Positions 54,620-64,000 of a DNA stretch of 64,000 nucleotides are shown here, piece after piece (position 1 is the stretch's first letter; each line of letters begins with the position of its first letter). Origin of the DNA: Microcoleus sp. (lineage in GTDB: Bacteria; Cyanobacteriota; Cyanobacteriia; Cyanobacteriales; Microcoleaceae). The notes below the pieces were generated by a model. It was not told the DNA's origin. It ran no database searches and saw only the letters and a program-made list of their open reading frames with translations. The stretch covers positions 5,984,001 to 6,048,000 of the forward strand of contig CP181291.1 of NCBI GenBank assembly GCA_052279835.1, in the 5' to 3' direction. A program made the position numbers and the translations under genes.

Positions 54620-54895
54620 ATGGAAGCTTTTGCTCCAATTCCTCCCGAATGGACTGCGGCAGCAGTTCACGCTCATCAATTCTGCTGTCCTAAATGCGGT
54701 GCTAGCTGCACGGAGGCGCAGGAGGTATGGATTAATCGTCGATCGCCAGTATACACCGAATTCAACCGTCGCAAGTGGCAGGAATTTTATCGCTGTCAGT
54801 GCGATGGTGTTTGGTGGGCCTGGAGTAACGACCGGCCTCCTTCGGAGCTTGTGCGTCGCGATGAGAGCACCACTGACGACTCAGATGATTTCTGA
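54620..54895 (+). CDS. small Cys/Trp-rich hypothetical protein (putative zinc ribbon)
   Basis: CPKC...WINRRSPV...WQEFYRCQC..WWAWS. Confidence 0.7.
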   Translation: MEAFAPIPPEWTAAAVHAHQFCCPKCGASCTEAQEVWINRRSPVYTEFNRRKWQEFYRCQCDGVWWAWSNDRPPSELVRRDESTTDDSDDF

Positions 54896-54945
54896 AAGTT
54901 CAAGTAATAGTAGTTTTCTCTAGGTGGAAATCAAGTGCACAAGAG

Positions 54946-54974
54946 TAGGGACTTAGGTTTGGTCTAAGTCCCTA
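54946..54974. terminator. hairpin between convergent genes
   Basis: TAGGGACTTAG-GTTTGGT-CTAAGTCCCTA perfect stem. Confidence 0.5.
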
Positions 54975-55034
54975 CCGGAAATCTGTAGTTTACTCAACAG
55001 ACAAATGTTATCTTGATGAATATATATATATTAA

Positions 55035-55238
55035 TTAATACAGTACATCAAGCACTCCCTGGACTACGCCTGCCATCACTCTTTCGATGAGACTTAATTG
55101 ATGTTCGTCTATGAATTCATCTAAAAGCATTAACTTAATCCGCTGTCTGTCAGCGCGAGTCAGTTCCCCGTCCGCAAATATTTGATCGACTATTTCTTCT
55201 GTTAAAAATGGGGAATCTTGAGTTTGTGTGGTTGACAT
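55035..55238 (-). CDS. small hypothetical protein
   Basis: ATG start MSTTQ preferred; IVDQIFADGELTRADRQRIK..LL helical motif. Confidence 0.6.
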   Translation of the reverse strand: MSTTQTQDSPFLTEEIVDQIFADGELTRADRQRIKLMLLDEFIDEHQLSLIERVMAGVVQGVLDVLY

Positions 55239-55434
55239 GGCTGGTCTCTCAAATAATAAATACTCTGTTTTTAAATTCATCACAAAATCCAGATTATTAG
55301 GTGGTTTTGGGGAATCGCTCAATTTTTTTTTATAATTCTATGACTTAGGGGGCATTTTGTCAAGACACTAACTTTATAGAATGGGGAATGGGGAATAGGG
55401 GAATAGTTAAATTGGAATTTGAGTTTTATGCGGA

Positions 55435-55555
55435 GGGTGCATTTCAATTTGGTAAGGGCGAAGCATGACCGCAGACAATTTATTAGCAATCGCCAGAGAT
55501 TTACTGCGGTCATGCTTCGCCCCTACGAATATATTTGCAAAAATGAGATGCACCC
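55435..55555. mobile_element. MITE family A copy 3
   Basis: GGGTGCATTTC...GAGATGCACCC; flanks TATGCGGA / TATGCTGA (7/8). Confidence 0.8.
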
Positions 55556-55615
55556 TATGCTGACCGAACTGTTCAATTTCACATCTAAAATTCCCAATCT
55601 AAAATTTAAAATCGA

Positions 55616-58600
55616 ATGACTTATATTCGCTCTTCTATAATTCTGAGTTTAGCGATTTCACTGCTACCCCTAGCAGTAAAATCGCAACCTGTGGTTCCCG
55701 CACCTGACGGCACTAATACGGTGGTGAATGCCGAGCAAAATCGCTGGAATATTAGCGGTGGCAAACTTTCGGGCAACGGCACAAATCTGTTTCACAGTTT
55801 CAGCCAATTTAATTTAAGCGAAGGTCAAATTGCCAATTTTCTCACCAATCCCAAGATTCAAAATATTTTAGGTAGAATCACTGGTGGCGATGTTTCTTTA
55901 ATTAACGGTCTCATCTCCGTGAGCGGTGGCAACTCAAATTTATTCCTGATGAATCCCGCAGGTATTATCTTCGGTCAAAATGCTAGATTAAACGTGCCGG
56001 GGTCTTTTTTGGCAACCACAGCTACAGGGATTGGTTTTGGCGAGAGTTGGTTTAATAGCACGGGTATAAATGATTACAAATCTTTGGTGGGAAATCCCAC
56101 TCAATTTAATTTTAATAATTCACAAATTGGTGCCATTGTCAATGCGGGAAACCTGGTAGTTGGCAACGGACAAAGTTTAACTTTGCTCGGAGGCACGGTG
56201 ATTAATACAGGACAATTATCGGCTCCTGGTGGTCAAATTACGGTGGCGGCTGTGCCGGGAAGCAATGCTGTTCGGATTAGTCAAGCGGGCAATTTATTAA
56301 GTTTAGAAATTACTCCGGCTTTGCAGTCAGAAAATAACCCGATCGCCCCGGTGGCTTTGCCACAGTTGCTGACAGGGCCAGGTGTCATGTCAGCCACAGG
56401 TTTAACGACTAATGCAAAAGGTGAATTGGTGCTCACAGGCGGCACAACAGTGGGGGTAAATGGCGCAAGTACGATCGTCTCCGGTTCAGTCAATGTGTTT
56501 GCGCCTGCGGGCACCAGAGGCGGCAGTGTCAATATTTTAGGGGAAAAAGTAGGCTTGTTCGGTGCGACTATCAATGCTTCCGGCATTGAGGGTGGAGGTG
56601 TGGTGCGCGTGGGAGGCGGTTTCCAGGGGCAAGCACCCATACCCAATGCCTTGGTAACATACGTTAGTCCCGACTCTAGCCTCGCACTAAACGCGATCGA
56701 CCGTGGCAATGGTGGCCTAGCGGTAATTTGGGCCGACAACATCACTCGCTTCTTTGGCAATATTACTGCCCGTGGCGGTAGTGTCGGCGGTAACGGTGGA
56801 GAAGTGGAAGTTTCCGGCAAAGGTTCTTTGATTTTCCAAGGAGAGGTCGATACCCGCGCGCCTAACGGTGCGATCGGCACTTGGAGGCTCGATCCGGCAA
56901 ATATTACCATCGTCAACGGTAAGGGCGAAACCAGCGCGCCATCCATGGGCGGGGAACTCGACACCGCCACAGAATCGAGTTCAACCACCATCTCCGAAGT
57001 GCAGTTAGAACAGATGAGTGCCGGCAGCAATGTGGTTCTAGAGGCAACAAACAATATCATCCTCCAAGACTTGGGGGACAACAGACTGGGACTCCAAGCA
57101 AGAACGGGAGACAGCGTGACATTTAGTGCAGGTGGAGTGTTTTTTGTCAATGACCCCAAGGATTCGATCGAGACTCAAGGCGCTAACATCAATATTTTTG
57201 CTAGCAGCATCTCTGTGGGTGGACTCAATGCTAAGGGTGGCAATATCTCTCTCACCGCTAGGGGCATTGATTTGAGAGGCGATCGCGGTTCCGTCAGCAG
57301 TGCGGGGGGAACAATTCGCTTGCAACCCGATGACGATCGAGCAATTCGGATCGGCGGTACGGGTGATATTTTGGGCATTTTGGACTTGACGGCAGCGGAT
57401 ATCGGTGCTTTGGGGACGGATTTTCGCTCGATCGCCATCGGGCGGGAAAATACCCGTTCGATCGCCATCGTCGGGCCCACCACCATCCCCAGCCCCCTCA
57501 CCCTTCAAGGAATGTCGATCGATATCCAAAACCCCTTGACAGCCATCGGTGGCGCTTCTTTGACTTTCGAGGCGGCTCAAACGGCGATCGGCGGTAACAT
57601 CGCTACATCCGGCGGTGACATCACTTTCAACAGTCCCGTCACCCTCAGTCGCAACGCCACTATTGCCACCACTGCTGGTAATATCACTTTTGCCCAGAGT
57701 CTCGACAGTGCCATGGATACAGCCCCTAATTTGGCCTTGCTAGCGGGCGGCAATGTTACTTTTGGCAGCGCGATCGGGCAAACTCAAAGCTTGGGCCTTC
57801 TCAGGGCTGATGCTGCTGCGGTGACGGGGAATGGGACAATTACCACGGGCAATTTCCAGGTCAACGCGCGCAATTCTGCTACCCTGCGGGGGAGTACGAC
57901 AGCTACTTCTGGAGCTGATATCAATGCGGAAAACGTCCTCCTAGAGGGTAATTTGAGGACGGATGGTGGTGCGGTGAACTTGCAAGCAACTCGTGAGGTT
58001 CGGACTGCTAATATTCTGTCTAACGGCGGGAATATTCGGGTTAAGGGAAATAGTTTGACTGTGGGTGCGATCGATTCGGGGGTGTCTGGGGGCACTGGTG
58101 GGGCGATTGTCCTTAAAAGCAATGCGGGTGCTTTAACGGCGGGTGCTTTGAATGCTTCAGGGGCGATCGGCGGCAATATTTCTCTCACCTCGACAGCGGC
58201 TATTTCTGCCTTTGATGTCAGCGCCGCCGGCAGTGTGGGAAGTGGCGGCAATGTGTCTCTAAATGCGATCGGTAATATTCAATTGGGTTTCATCAACGCT
58301 CAAAGCGGTAACGCAGGGAGTGGTGGCAATGTTGATATCACTACCAAGGGTTTGTTTCGATCGAACAATGTGTTTAATGATATTTCCGGCAATAATTCCA
58401 GTATTTCTACTGCCGGAGGTGGGAATCGCGGGGCGATCGTGATTCGACATTCCGGTGGTAGCGATCGACCTTTTGTGATTGGTAGCGATGGGGAAAATGG
58501 CACGCGGGGAAGCATTAATGCTGGGGCGGAAAATGCTATTTTGCCTACTCTTTCTTTTTTGGAAACTTACACTCAGGGAAGTTTTTTAAATCAGATTTCC

Positions 58601-60253
58601 CTCATCACCAACGGTGCGTCACCGACTCCTATACCCATTCCCCAACCAATCCCCGTTCCAGTTGAACCAATTCCCGAAATAATTACCCAACCTGTTCCTG
58701 TCGTAAATCCAGCCCCTATAAATCCGATTACTAATCCATCTATTCCTCCATCTTTACAAGTAGAATTGCGGCCGCCCACTGGTAAAAATTCTCCCGTGAG
58801 TTCCACCTATTCCACTTCTTCTAACCGCTCAAATTCTGCCGGGGCTGGAGTTTTAGCCTTTGAGCGAACATTTACGCGGGAATATGAAAAATATTTGGAT
58901 TTATCTCCGAGAAAGCCGATTACTAATATGTCGGTGATTTATGAAATTCTCCGTAAAAATGAGGCGATTACAGGGGTGAAATCGGCCATTATTTATATGA
59001 ATTGGGTCAGTAGTGATGACACCAAAGCTACCAAAGAAAATGGTGGTGTTTTAGTAGCTAGTCAGGATTTATCTAATTTATTACCTGTCACAGAAAAGCT
59101 GACACCAAAAACAGGAGACTCCGATCGCTTTTTAGGAGAACCCTTGGGGGAGAGGTTGAACCCAAAAACCAAAGCAGTTGCCGATCTTCCTAAAGGAGAG
59201 ATTTTGGAGTTAGTGTTAGTAACAGCTAATGCTCAACCGCAGCGGTTTTTAATCCCCAAAGCGACTAGGTGGCAGGTATTGCAATTGGCGGACTCATTTC
59301 AAACGGAAATTACTAATCCCAGACGCAGAAATAGTGTTAGTTATTTGGATACTGCTCAAAAACTTTATAGCTGGTTAATCGCGCCCTTAGCTTCAGAAAT
59401 CACAGGTTTAAAGATTGATAATTTGATGATAATTCCCGCTGCTGGGTTGCGAAGTGTTCCCTTTGCAGCCTTGCACGATGGTAAACAATTCTTAGTTGAA
59501 CAATACAGCCTGAGCGTGATACCGAGTTTGAGTTTAACTGATATTGATTATGATAATATTGCCGATGATGAAGTTTTGGCAATGGGGGCTTCGGTATTTG
59601 AAGATAAAGCCCCATTACCTGCGGTGCCTGTGGAGTTGGAGTCCATCGCGCCACCCAATCGAGGACAATCTTTTTTGAATCAAGATTTTACTCTACGTAA
59701 TTTGCAATCTCAGCGACAAAATCGACCTTTTGGGATAATTCACTTAGCAACTCATAGCGAATTTTTGCCGGGGGAACCAAAAAATTCTTACATTCAGTTA
59801 TGGGATACTAAGTTGCGCATCAATCAAATGCGACAGTTGCGGTGGAATGAACCGGCGGTAAATTTGTTAGTTTTGAGCGCCTGTAGTACGGCTTTGGGCG
59901 ATGAAGAGGCGGAGTTGGGGTTTGCGGGTTTGGCGGTGGCTAGTGGTGCTAAATCGGCGTTGGCGAGTTTGTGGGAAGTCAGCGATGATGGGACTTTGGG
60001 GCTGATGACGGAGTTTTATCGACAGTTGCGACTACCCAGAAGTGGGGGTAATTTGATTACGAAAGCTGATGCTTTGCGACGGGCGCAATTGGAGATGTTG
60101 CGGGGGCGGGTGCGGATTCAAGATGGGATGTTGCGGGCGATCGCCCATAATGAAGCGATCGCTTTGCCGCCCGACATTGCTATGCGGGGCGATCGACTGC
60201 TTTCTCATCCTTATTTTTGGGCTGCTTTTACCCTGATTGGCAACCCTTGGTAA
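55616..60253 (+). CDS. filamentous haemagglutinin N-terminal (TPS) domain, beta-helix repeats and C-terminal CHAT domain
   Basis: Signal peptide, NLFHSFSQF, NLFLMNPAGIIFG; IHLATH, VLSAC, SLWEV, HPYFWAAF..IGNPW. Confidence 0.92.
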   Translation: MTYIRSSIILSLAISLLPLAVKSQPVVPAPDGTNTVVNAEQNRWNISGGKLSGNGTNLFHSFSQFNLSEGQIANFLTNPKIQNILGRITGGDVSLINGLISVSGGNSNLFLMNPAGIIFGQNARLNVPGSFLATTATGIGFGESWFNSTGINDYKSLVGNPTQFNFNNSQIGAIVNAGNLVVGNGQSLTLLGGTVINTGQLSAPGGQITVAAVPGSNAVRISQAGNLLSLEITPALQSENNPIAPVALPQLLTGPGVMSATGLTTNAKGELVLTGGTTVGVNGASTIVSGSVNVFAPAGTRGGSVNILGEKVGLFGATINASGIEGGGVVRVGGGFQGQAPIPNALVTYVSPDSSLALNAIDRGNGGLAVIWADNITRFFGNITARGGSVGGNGGEVEVSGKGSLIFQGEVDTRAPNGAIGTWRLDPANITIVNGKGETSAPSMGGELDTATESSSTTISEVQLEQMSAGSNVVLEATNNIILQDLGDNRLGLQARTGDSVTFSAGGVFFVNDPKDSIETQGANINIFASSISVGGLNAKGGNISLTARGIDLRGDRGSVSSAGGTIRLQPDDDRAIRIGGTGDILGILDLTAADIGALGTDFRSIAIGRENTRSIAIVGPTTIPSPLTLQGMSIDIQNPLTAIGGASLTFEAAQTAIGGNIATSGGDITFNSPVTLSRNATIATTAGNITFAQSLDSAMDTAPNLALLAGGNVTFGSAIGQTQSLGLLRADAAAVTGNGTITTGNFQVNARNSATLRGSTTATSGADINAENVLLEGNLRTDGGAVNLQATREVRTANILSNGGNIRVKGNSLTVGAIDSGVSGGTGGAIVLKSNAGALTAGALNASGAIGGNISLTSTAAISAFDVSAAGSVGSGGNVSLNAIGNIQLGFINAQSGNAGSGGNVDITTKGLFRSNNVFNDISGNNSSISTAGGGNRGAIVIRHSGGSDRPFVIGSDGENGTRGSINAGAENAILPTLSFLETYTQGSFLNQISLITNGASPTPIPIPQPIPVPVEPIPEIITQPVPVVNPAPINPITNPSIPPSLQVELRPPTGKNSPVSSTYSTSSNRSNSAGAGVLAFERTFTREYEKYLDLSPRKPITNMSVIYEILRKNEAITGVKSAIIYMNWVSSDDTKATKENGGVLVASQDLSNLLPVTEKLTPKTGDSDRFLGEPLGERLNPKTKAVADLPKGEILELVLVTANAQPQRFLIPKATRWQVLQLADSFQTEITNPRRRNSVSYLDTAQKLYSWLIAPLASEITGLKIDNLMIIPAAGLRSVPFAALHDGKQFLVEQYSLSVIPSLSLTDIDYDNIADDEVLAMGASVFEDKAPLPAVPVELESIAPPNRGQSFLNQDFTLRNLQSQRQNRPFGIIHLATHSEFLPGEPKNSYIQLWDTKLRINQMRQLRWNEPAVNLLVLSACSTALGDEEAELGFAGLAVASGAKSALASLWEVSDDGTLGLMTEFYRQLRLPRSGGNLITKADALRRAQLEMLRGRVRIQDGMLRAIAHNEAIALPPDIAMRGDRLLSHPYFWAAFTLIGNPW

Positions 60254-60340
60254 TGGAATGGATTTGATAGGATTAACATCTGCTATATCAATCCTTGCAG
60301 GAGTCGTAAATATTTTTACCCCACCCCAACCCGGACATTA

Positions 60341-60472
60341 TATAAAATCCTATCTTCATCGTCCTGTATTAAACTCTCTCTTCTCTTCCTCTTTCCCCCC
60401 TTGGGGGGGGCAGGGGGGGGTCGTCCTTTGCGCCTTCGCGGTTAAATCATTCCGATACAACCGGAATTAATA
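60341..60472. mobile_element. MITE family B copy (TTA TSD) nested in another repeat (about 60284-60523)
   Basis: TTA|TATAAAATCC...CCGGAATTAATA|TTA. The host repeat resembles 45515-45603. Confidence 0.75.
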
Positions 60473-60525
60473 TTACTAAGGGGAGGGAGTAAGAAATTCA
60501 CCAATGATTTTAGGATAGCTATATA

Positions 60526-61488
60526 TCAAGTCTGAGCTCGCAGTCGCAGTATTCTGAGTAGAGTATTGAATTGGTCCGGTAAAGGTGCGATCGCCTCAAT
60601 TAGTTCTCCTGAGATGGGATGCTGCAATTGCAGCCGCCATGCGTGGAGGGCTTGTCCGGTTAAATTCACCCCTATAGAACGGTTAGAACTGTACATCGGA
60701 TCGCCGATAATCGGATGTTTGATTTCGGCTGTATGGACGCGAATTTGATGGGTGCGACCTGTTTCTAATTGATAGTGAATTAGACTATAGTTACCAATTC
60801 TTTCTTTGATTTGCCAGTGAGTAATTGCGGGGCGACCGCCTTTGTCTACGGGTACTACACCCATTTTTTTGCGGTCTGTGGGATGCCGACCGATTGGTAA
60901 GTCGATCGTACCTGTTTCCGCGTTAGGAATGCCATAAACTATGCCTAGATATTCGCGGCGGGCGGTTTTGGTTTTGAGTTGGGCTTGCAGGTGTTGGTGG
61001 GCGATGTCAGTTTTGGCGATCGCGATCGCCCCTGTGGTATCTTTGTCCAATCTGTGGACGATTCCAGGCCTTTGAACTCCACCGATCGCTGCTAGGGGAC
61101 AGTGGGCTAGTAGGGCATTTACTAAGGTGCCATCTGGATGTCCGGCGGCGGGATGGACGACTAATCCGGCTGGTTTGTTGATGATAATTAAGCTGTCGTC
61201 TTCGTAGAGAATATCGAGGGGAATTGATTCGGCTTGTAAGGAAGTGGGCTGGGTATCGGGGAGGGTAATCTCGATGCGATCGCCCGTTTTTACTGAGATT
61301 TTTTTGGATGTGCAAGTTTCGTCATTGACTTTGATGTTCCCCTGTGATATGAGGCTTTGGATGCGCGATCGGGATAAATCTGGAATCTGGTTGGCCAGCC
61401 AAATATCTAATCGTGGATTAACATTATTTTGATTAAATTCCCCTGTATTTTCAACTATGTATATTTGTTTGGTATCTATTTCTATCAT
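60526..61488 (-). CDS. RluA-family pseudouridine synthase (RluD-like, S4 domain)
   Basis: NKPAGLVVHP, GIVHRLDKDTTG, LETGRTHQIRVH, GDPMY, QALHA. Confidence 0.93.
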   Translation of the reverse strand: MIEIDTKQIYIVENTGEFNQNNVNPRLDIWLANQIPDLSRSRIQSLISQGNIKVNDETCTSKKISVKTGDRIEITLPDTQPTSLQAESIPLDILYEDDSLIIINKPAGLVVHPAAGHPDGTLVNALLAHCPLAAIGGVQRPGIVHRLDKDTTGAIAIAKTDIAHQHLQAQLKTKTARREYLGIVYGIPNAETGTIDLPIGRHPTDRKKMGVVPVDKGGRPAITHWQIKERIGNYSLIHYQLETGRTHQIRVHTAEIKHPIIGDPMYSSNRSIGVNLTGQALHAWRLQLQHPISGELIEAIAPLPDQFNTLLRILRLRAQT

Positions 61489-61654
61489 TTAGTTTATTTG
61501 GTTATGATTGGTAAGTTATTGTATAATTATAACTTAATATATTGTGATTGAGAAGGTTTTAGCTAGATATTTCAAGAGTCCAGATGTTGAAGCGGAGTGG
61601 TAATGAAGGAGGTTATTATGTCCTATAATAGAAACATATTTATCGGAGATTACC

Positions 61655-61954
61655 ATGCAAGCATACAAACTTAGAGGTAAAATCGATGCAACTGGCAACT
61701 TGGTAGTTGTCGAACCTGTGAATATGCCGCCGGGAGATGTGGAAATCATTGTCTTGCAGCTAGCCGATCCGGTTAAACAAGCTAGCGCGTCAGAAAGTGC
61801 GATCGAACTTGAAACACCTAAAAAAAAGTTTAAAACTAACGTGAAGGCATTTCAAGCTTTATTCGATCGAAATGCTGTACCGGAACCGATGGATTTTGAC
61901 GATCCAGACAAACAAGCAAAATGGGAGTATTTAAAGGAGAAACATAACTTGTGA
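61655..61954 (+). CDS. hypothetical protein, putative antitoxin
   Basis: GGAG RBS; C-terminal AKWEYLKEKH; its stop overlaps (GTGA) the PIN gene start. Confidence 0.7.
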   Translation: MQAYKLRGKIDATGNLVVVEPVNMPPGDVEIIVLQLADPVKQASASESAIELETPKKKFKTNVKAFQALFDRNAVPEPMDFDDPDKQAKWEYLKEKHNL

Positions 61955-62106
61955 AAGTTTTGATAGACACCAATATCATAGTAGATGTTGCGCTCGATCG
62001 AGAGCCTTTCTTTGCCGAGAGCGATCCTCTTCGAGGGCTTCGCTAACGCATTTTAACTTTTGTGGAAGAAGCCCAGATTCAAGGCTATATTTCAGCCTCA
62101 ACTTTT
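61951..62106 (+). pseudogene. PIN-domain (VapC-like) toxin N-terminal fragment
   Basis: MKVLIDTNIIVDVALDREPFF...IQGYISASTF; interrupted by a 21-nt insert creating TAA at 62044. Confidence 0.75.
62027..62047 (+). repeat. 21-nt small dispersed repeat inserted in HIP1 (copy 2)
   Basis: GCGATC|CTCTTCGAGGGCTTCGCTAAC|GC. Confidence 0.85.
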
Positions 62107-64000
62107 AATGCTAAAAAAATTGAACTAAAATTGCAAGCTTGGGGACAGCAGCTATATGATTTAGTATTTCGCAGCAGCGAGAAAGCGCGAGACTTTTTCC
62201 AGGAAGCGACGCGCGCCGGATTGGATAAGTGCGAAATTAGTATTGTTTCCGACAATCCTGCCGTACTCAATTTGCCCTGGGAATTGCTGTTTACCCCAGA
62301 TTATCAATTTCTCGCACCTTTGCTGGCGGGGATGTATCGCAGTCTTAGCGAGTATGCAGTTCGGGCAGAATTGGGAACAATGTCTGACGAACAATTAAAT
62401 ATTTTATTGGTGATTGCTCGACCCTATGGAGAGCGCGATATTAATTTTCAAACTATCGCCCGCCCGATTTTAGAGGCGCTCAAACCTATTAAAAAACAGG
62501 TGAATCTCACTGTATTGCGTCCGCCTAGTTTAAAGCAGTTTGAAGCAGAACTTAACGCGCGGAAAGGCTTTTATCATATCGTGCATTTTGACGGACATGG
62601 AGACTTTGAAGCTGACAGCAAAACTGTTCAAACTCAATATGGAAAATCGGGAGAAGGCGTTTTAGTCTTTGAAGATAATGACGGCAAACCGGAAATAGTT
62701 ACTGCTAGGGAAATTGCTCAATATTTGACAGATTGTCGCGTACCGATGTTTATTCTGAATGCTTGCAAGTCGGGACAAGCTGGGGAAGAAGCATTTTCTT
62801 CTGTGGCGGGACAGTTGGTGAAGTTGGGCGCGAAAGGCGTTGTGGCAATGGCTTATTCCGTCTATGCGACAGCGGCGAAACACTTTATGGGACGGCTGTA
62901 CGGCGAATTGGTGCGGGGAGAAGACATCGCCTCTGCGGTGGCTGCGGGGCGCAAATCTATGTCCATGGACAAGCAGCGCCCCAGTCCCAAAGGGCTGTTA
63001 CCGCTGCAAGATTGGATGGTGCCGGTGCTGTATCAGCAGGAACCTTGCAGGCCTTTTTGCCCGAAAACTGTTCCTGATGATTTGTGGGAAGATGACGAAG
63101 ATGATGCAGAGGCTTTGCTAGCGGTAGATTTGCCAGAAGTTAGCGCCTATGGTTTTATTGGTCGAGATTACGATATTTTGTCTCTAGAAAGAGCTTTTCG
63201 CAAAAATCATGTAGTGCTGTTGCAGGGGATGGACGGCGTTGGCAAAACTCAGTTGGCGGGAGGTTTTGCGCGGTGGTTGGGTGATACTCAGGGGCGAAAA
63301 GGTGGCGTTTTCTTCACTTCTTTTGAACGCGGTGCGGGATTGAGTCAAGTAGTCAATCAAATTGGCTGGGCAAAGTGGGGTGAAAAATTCGCTTCAGCTA
63401 CGGCAGAAAAACAGAAGGATAAGGTGCAAAAATATTTGCAAACTAATCCTTGTTTGCTGATTTGGGATAATTTTGAACCCGTGAATGGTTTTCCCCAGGG
63501 GAATCCGCCGCTTGTACCGGCTGCGGAAAGAGAGGAATTGAAGCGGTTTCTCAAACAGTTGCGCGGGGGACAATCTTGGGTGTTGATTACCAGTCGGCGC
63601 GAGGAAAGTTGGTTGGATTGCGGTTACGCGCTGCGGGGGTTAAAGGGATTGGTGCAGCCGGATGCGGAAGAGTTGGCGGCGCGGATTCTGCGGGAAGCGG
63701 GGGTTGACAGGGCGAAATTGCCTGGGGAATATCTGGAGTTGCTGAAACTGTTGGGCGGACATCCGCTGTCGCTGAGGGTGGTGTTGCGGCATTTGAAGGC
63801 GCAGACTCCGGTGCAGTTGATTGAGGCGCTGCGGCGGGGATTGGATACTTTCCAGGGGGCTCAGGAGGAAGGGAGAGAGAAATCTCTGGCGGTGTCGCTG
63901 GATTATTCGTTTGCTAATTTGTCGGCACGGGCACGGCTGCATTTGCCGTTTTTAGGGCTATTTTGCGATCGAGTTGGTGCTGATTTGCTTGATCTTTTTT
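62062..64000 (+). CDS. CHAT (caspase-like) + NB-ARC/STAND NTPase protein, 3'-partial; native N-terminus apparently missing
   Basis: Open frame to the window end: LPWELL, HIVHFDGHG, ILNACKS, QDWMVPVLY, FIGRD, GMDGVGKT, LLIWDNFE, LITSR, GHPLSL. Confidence 0.85.
   Translation, partial: MEEAQIQGYISASTFNAKKIELKLQAWGQQLYDLVFRSSEKARDFFQEATRAGLDKCEISIVSDNPAVLNLPWELLFTPDYQFLAPLLAGMYRSLSEYAVRAELGTMSDEQLNILLVIARPYGERDINFQTIARPILEALKPIKKQVNLTVLRPPSLKQFEAELNARKGFYHIVHFDGHGDFEADSKTVQTQYGKSGEGVLVFEDNDGKPEIVTAREIAQYLTDCRVPMFILNACKSGQAGEEAFSSVAGQLVKLGAKGVVAMAYSVYATAAKHFMGRLYGELVRGEDIASAVAAGRKSMSMDKQRPSPKGLLPLQDWMVPVLYQQEPCRPFCPKTVPDDLWEDDEDDAEALLAVDLPEVSAYGFIGRDYDILSLERAFRKNHVVLLQGMDGVGKTQLAGGFARWLGDTQGRKGGVFFTSFERGAGLSQVVNQIGWAKWGEKFASATAEKQKDKVQKYLQTNPCLLIWDNFEPVNGFPQGNPPLVPAAEREELKRFLKQLRGGQSWVLITSRREESWLDCGYALRGLKGLVQPDAEELAARILREAGVDRAKLPGEYLELLKLLGGHPLSLRVVLRHLKAQTPVQLIEALRRGLDTFQGAQEEGREKSLAVSLDYSFANLSARARLHLPFLGLFCDRVGADLLDLF

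Noticed and set aside
62085..63942. Short listed ORFs at the right edge
   Set aside because: All overlap the unlisted open + frame encoding CHAT/NB-ARC.

Overview
This 64 kb window comes from a filamentous cyanobacterium, probably Oscillatoriales (inferred from abundant HIP1 GCGATCGC octamers, heptamer STRR repeats and gene content). The backbone is mostly core genes: XPB-like helicase plus DUF790/Bax1, tilS, glycosyltransferases, cofH, the hmpF / PatA / CheW / MCP / CheA motility-taxis locus, pnp, SNF2 plus SWIM, aqpZ, gntK, PfkB kinase, pedR, hisS, a C5 DNA methyltransferase, a nucleoside symporter, an FHA-CHAT protein and an RluA/RluD synthase. It is heavily invaded by mobile DNA. (1) Two IS200/IS605 elements share a TTGAC target motif, and one of them rewrites the cofH C-terminus. 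(2) An IS607-type tnpB is split by two group II introns, apparently one inserted in the other and then 5'-deleted together. (3) Two MITE families show target-site duplications (8 bp, and 3 bp TNA), one nested in a third repeat. (4) A 21-nt element sits inside HIP1 sites in two genes. At the right edge a truncated PIN toxin gene is joined in frame to a CHAT (caspase-like)/NB-ARC-type STAND gene that the ORF track misses. No rRNA, tRNA or CRISPR array was seen. All family assignments come from motif recognition by eye; no database search was run.
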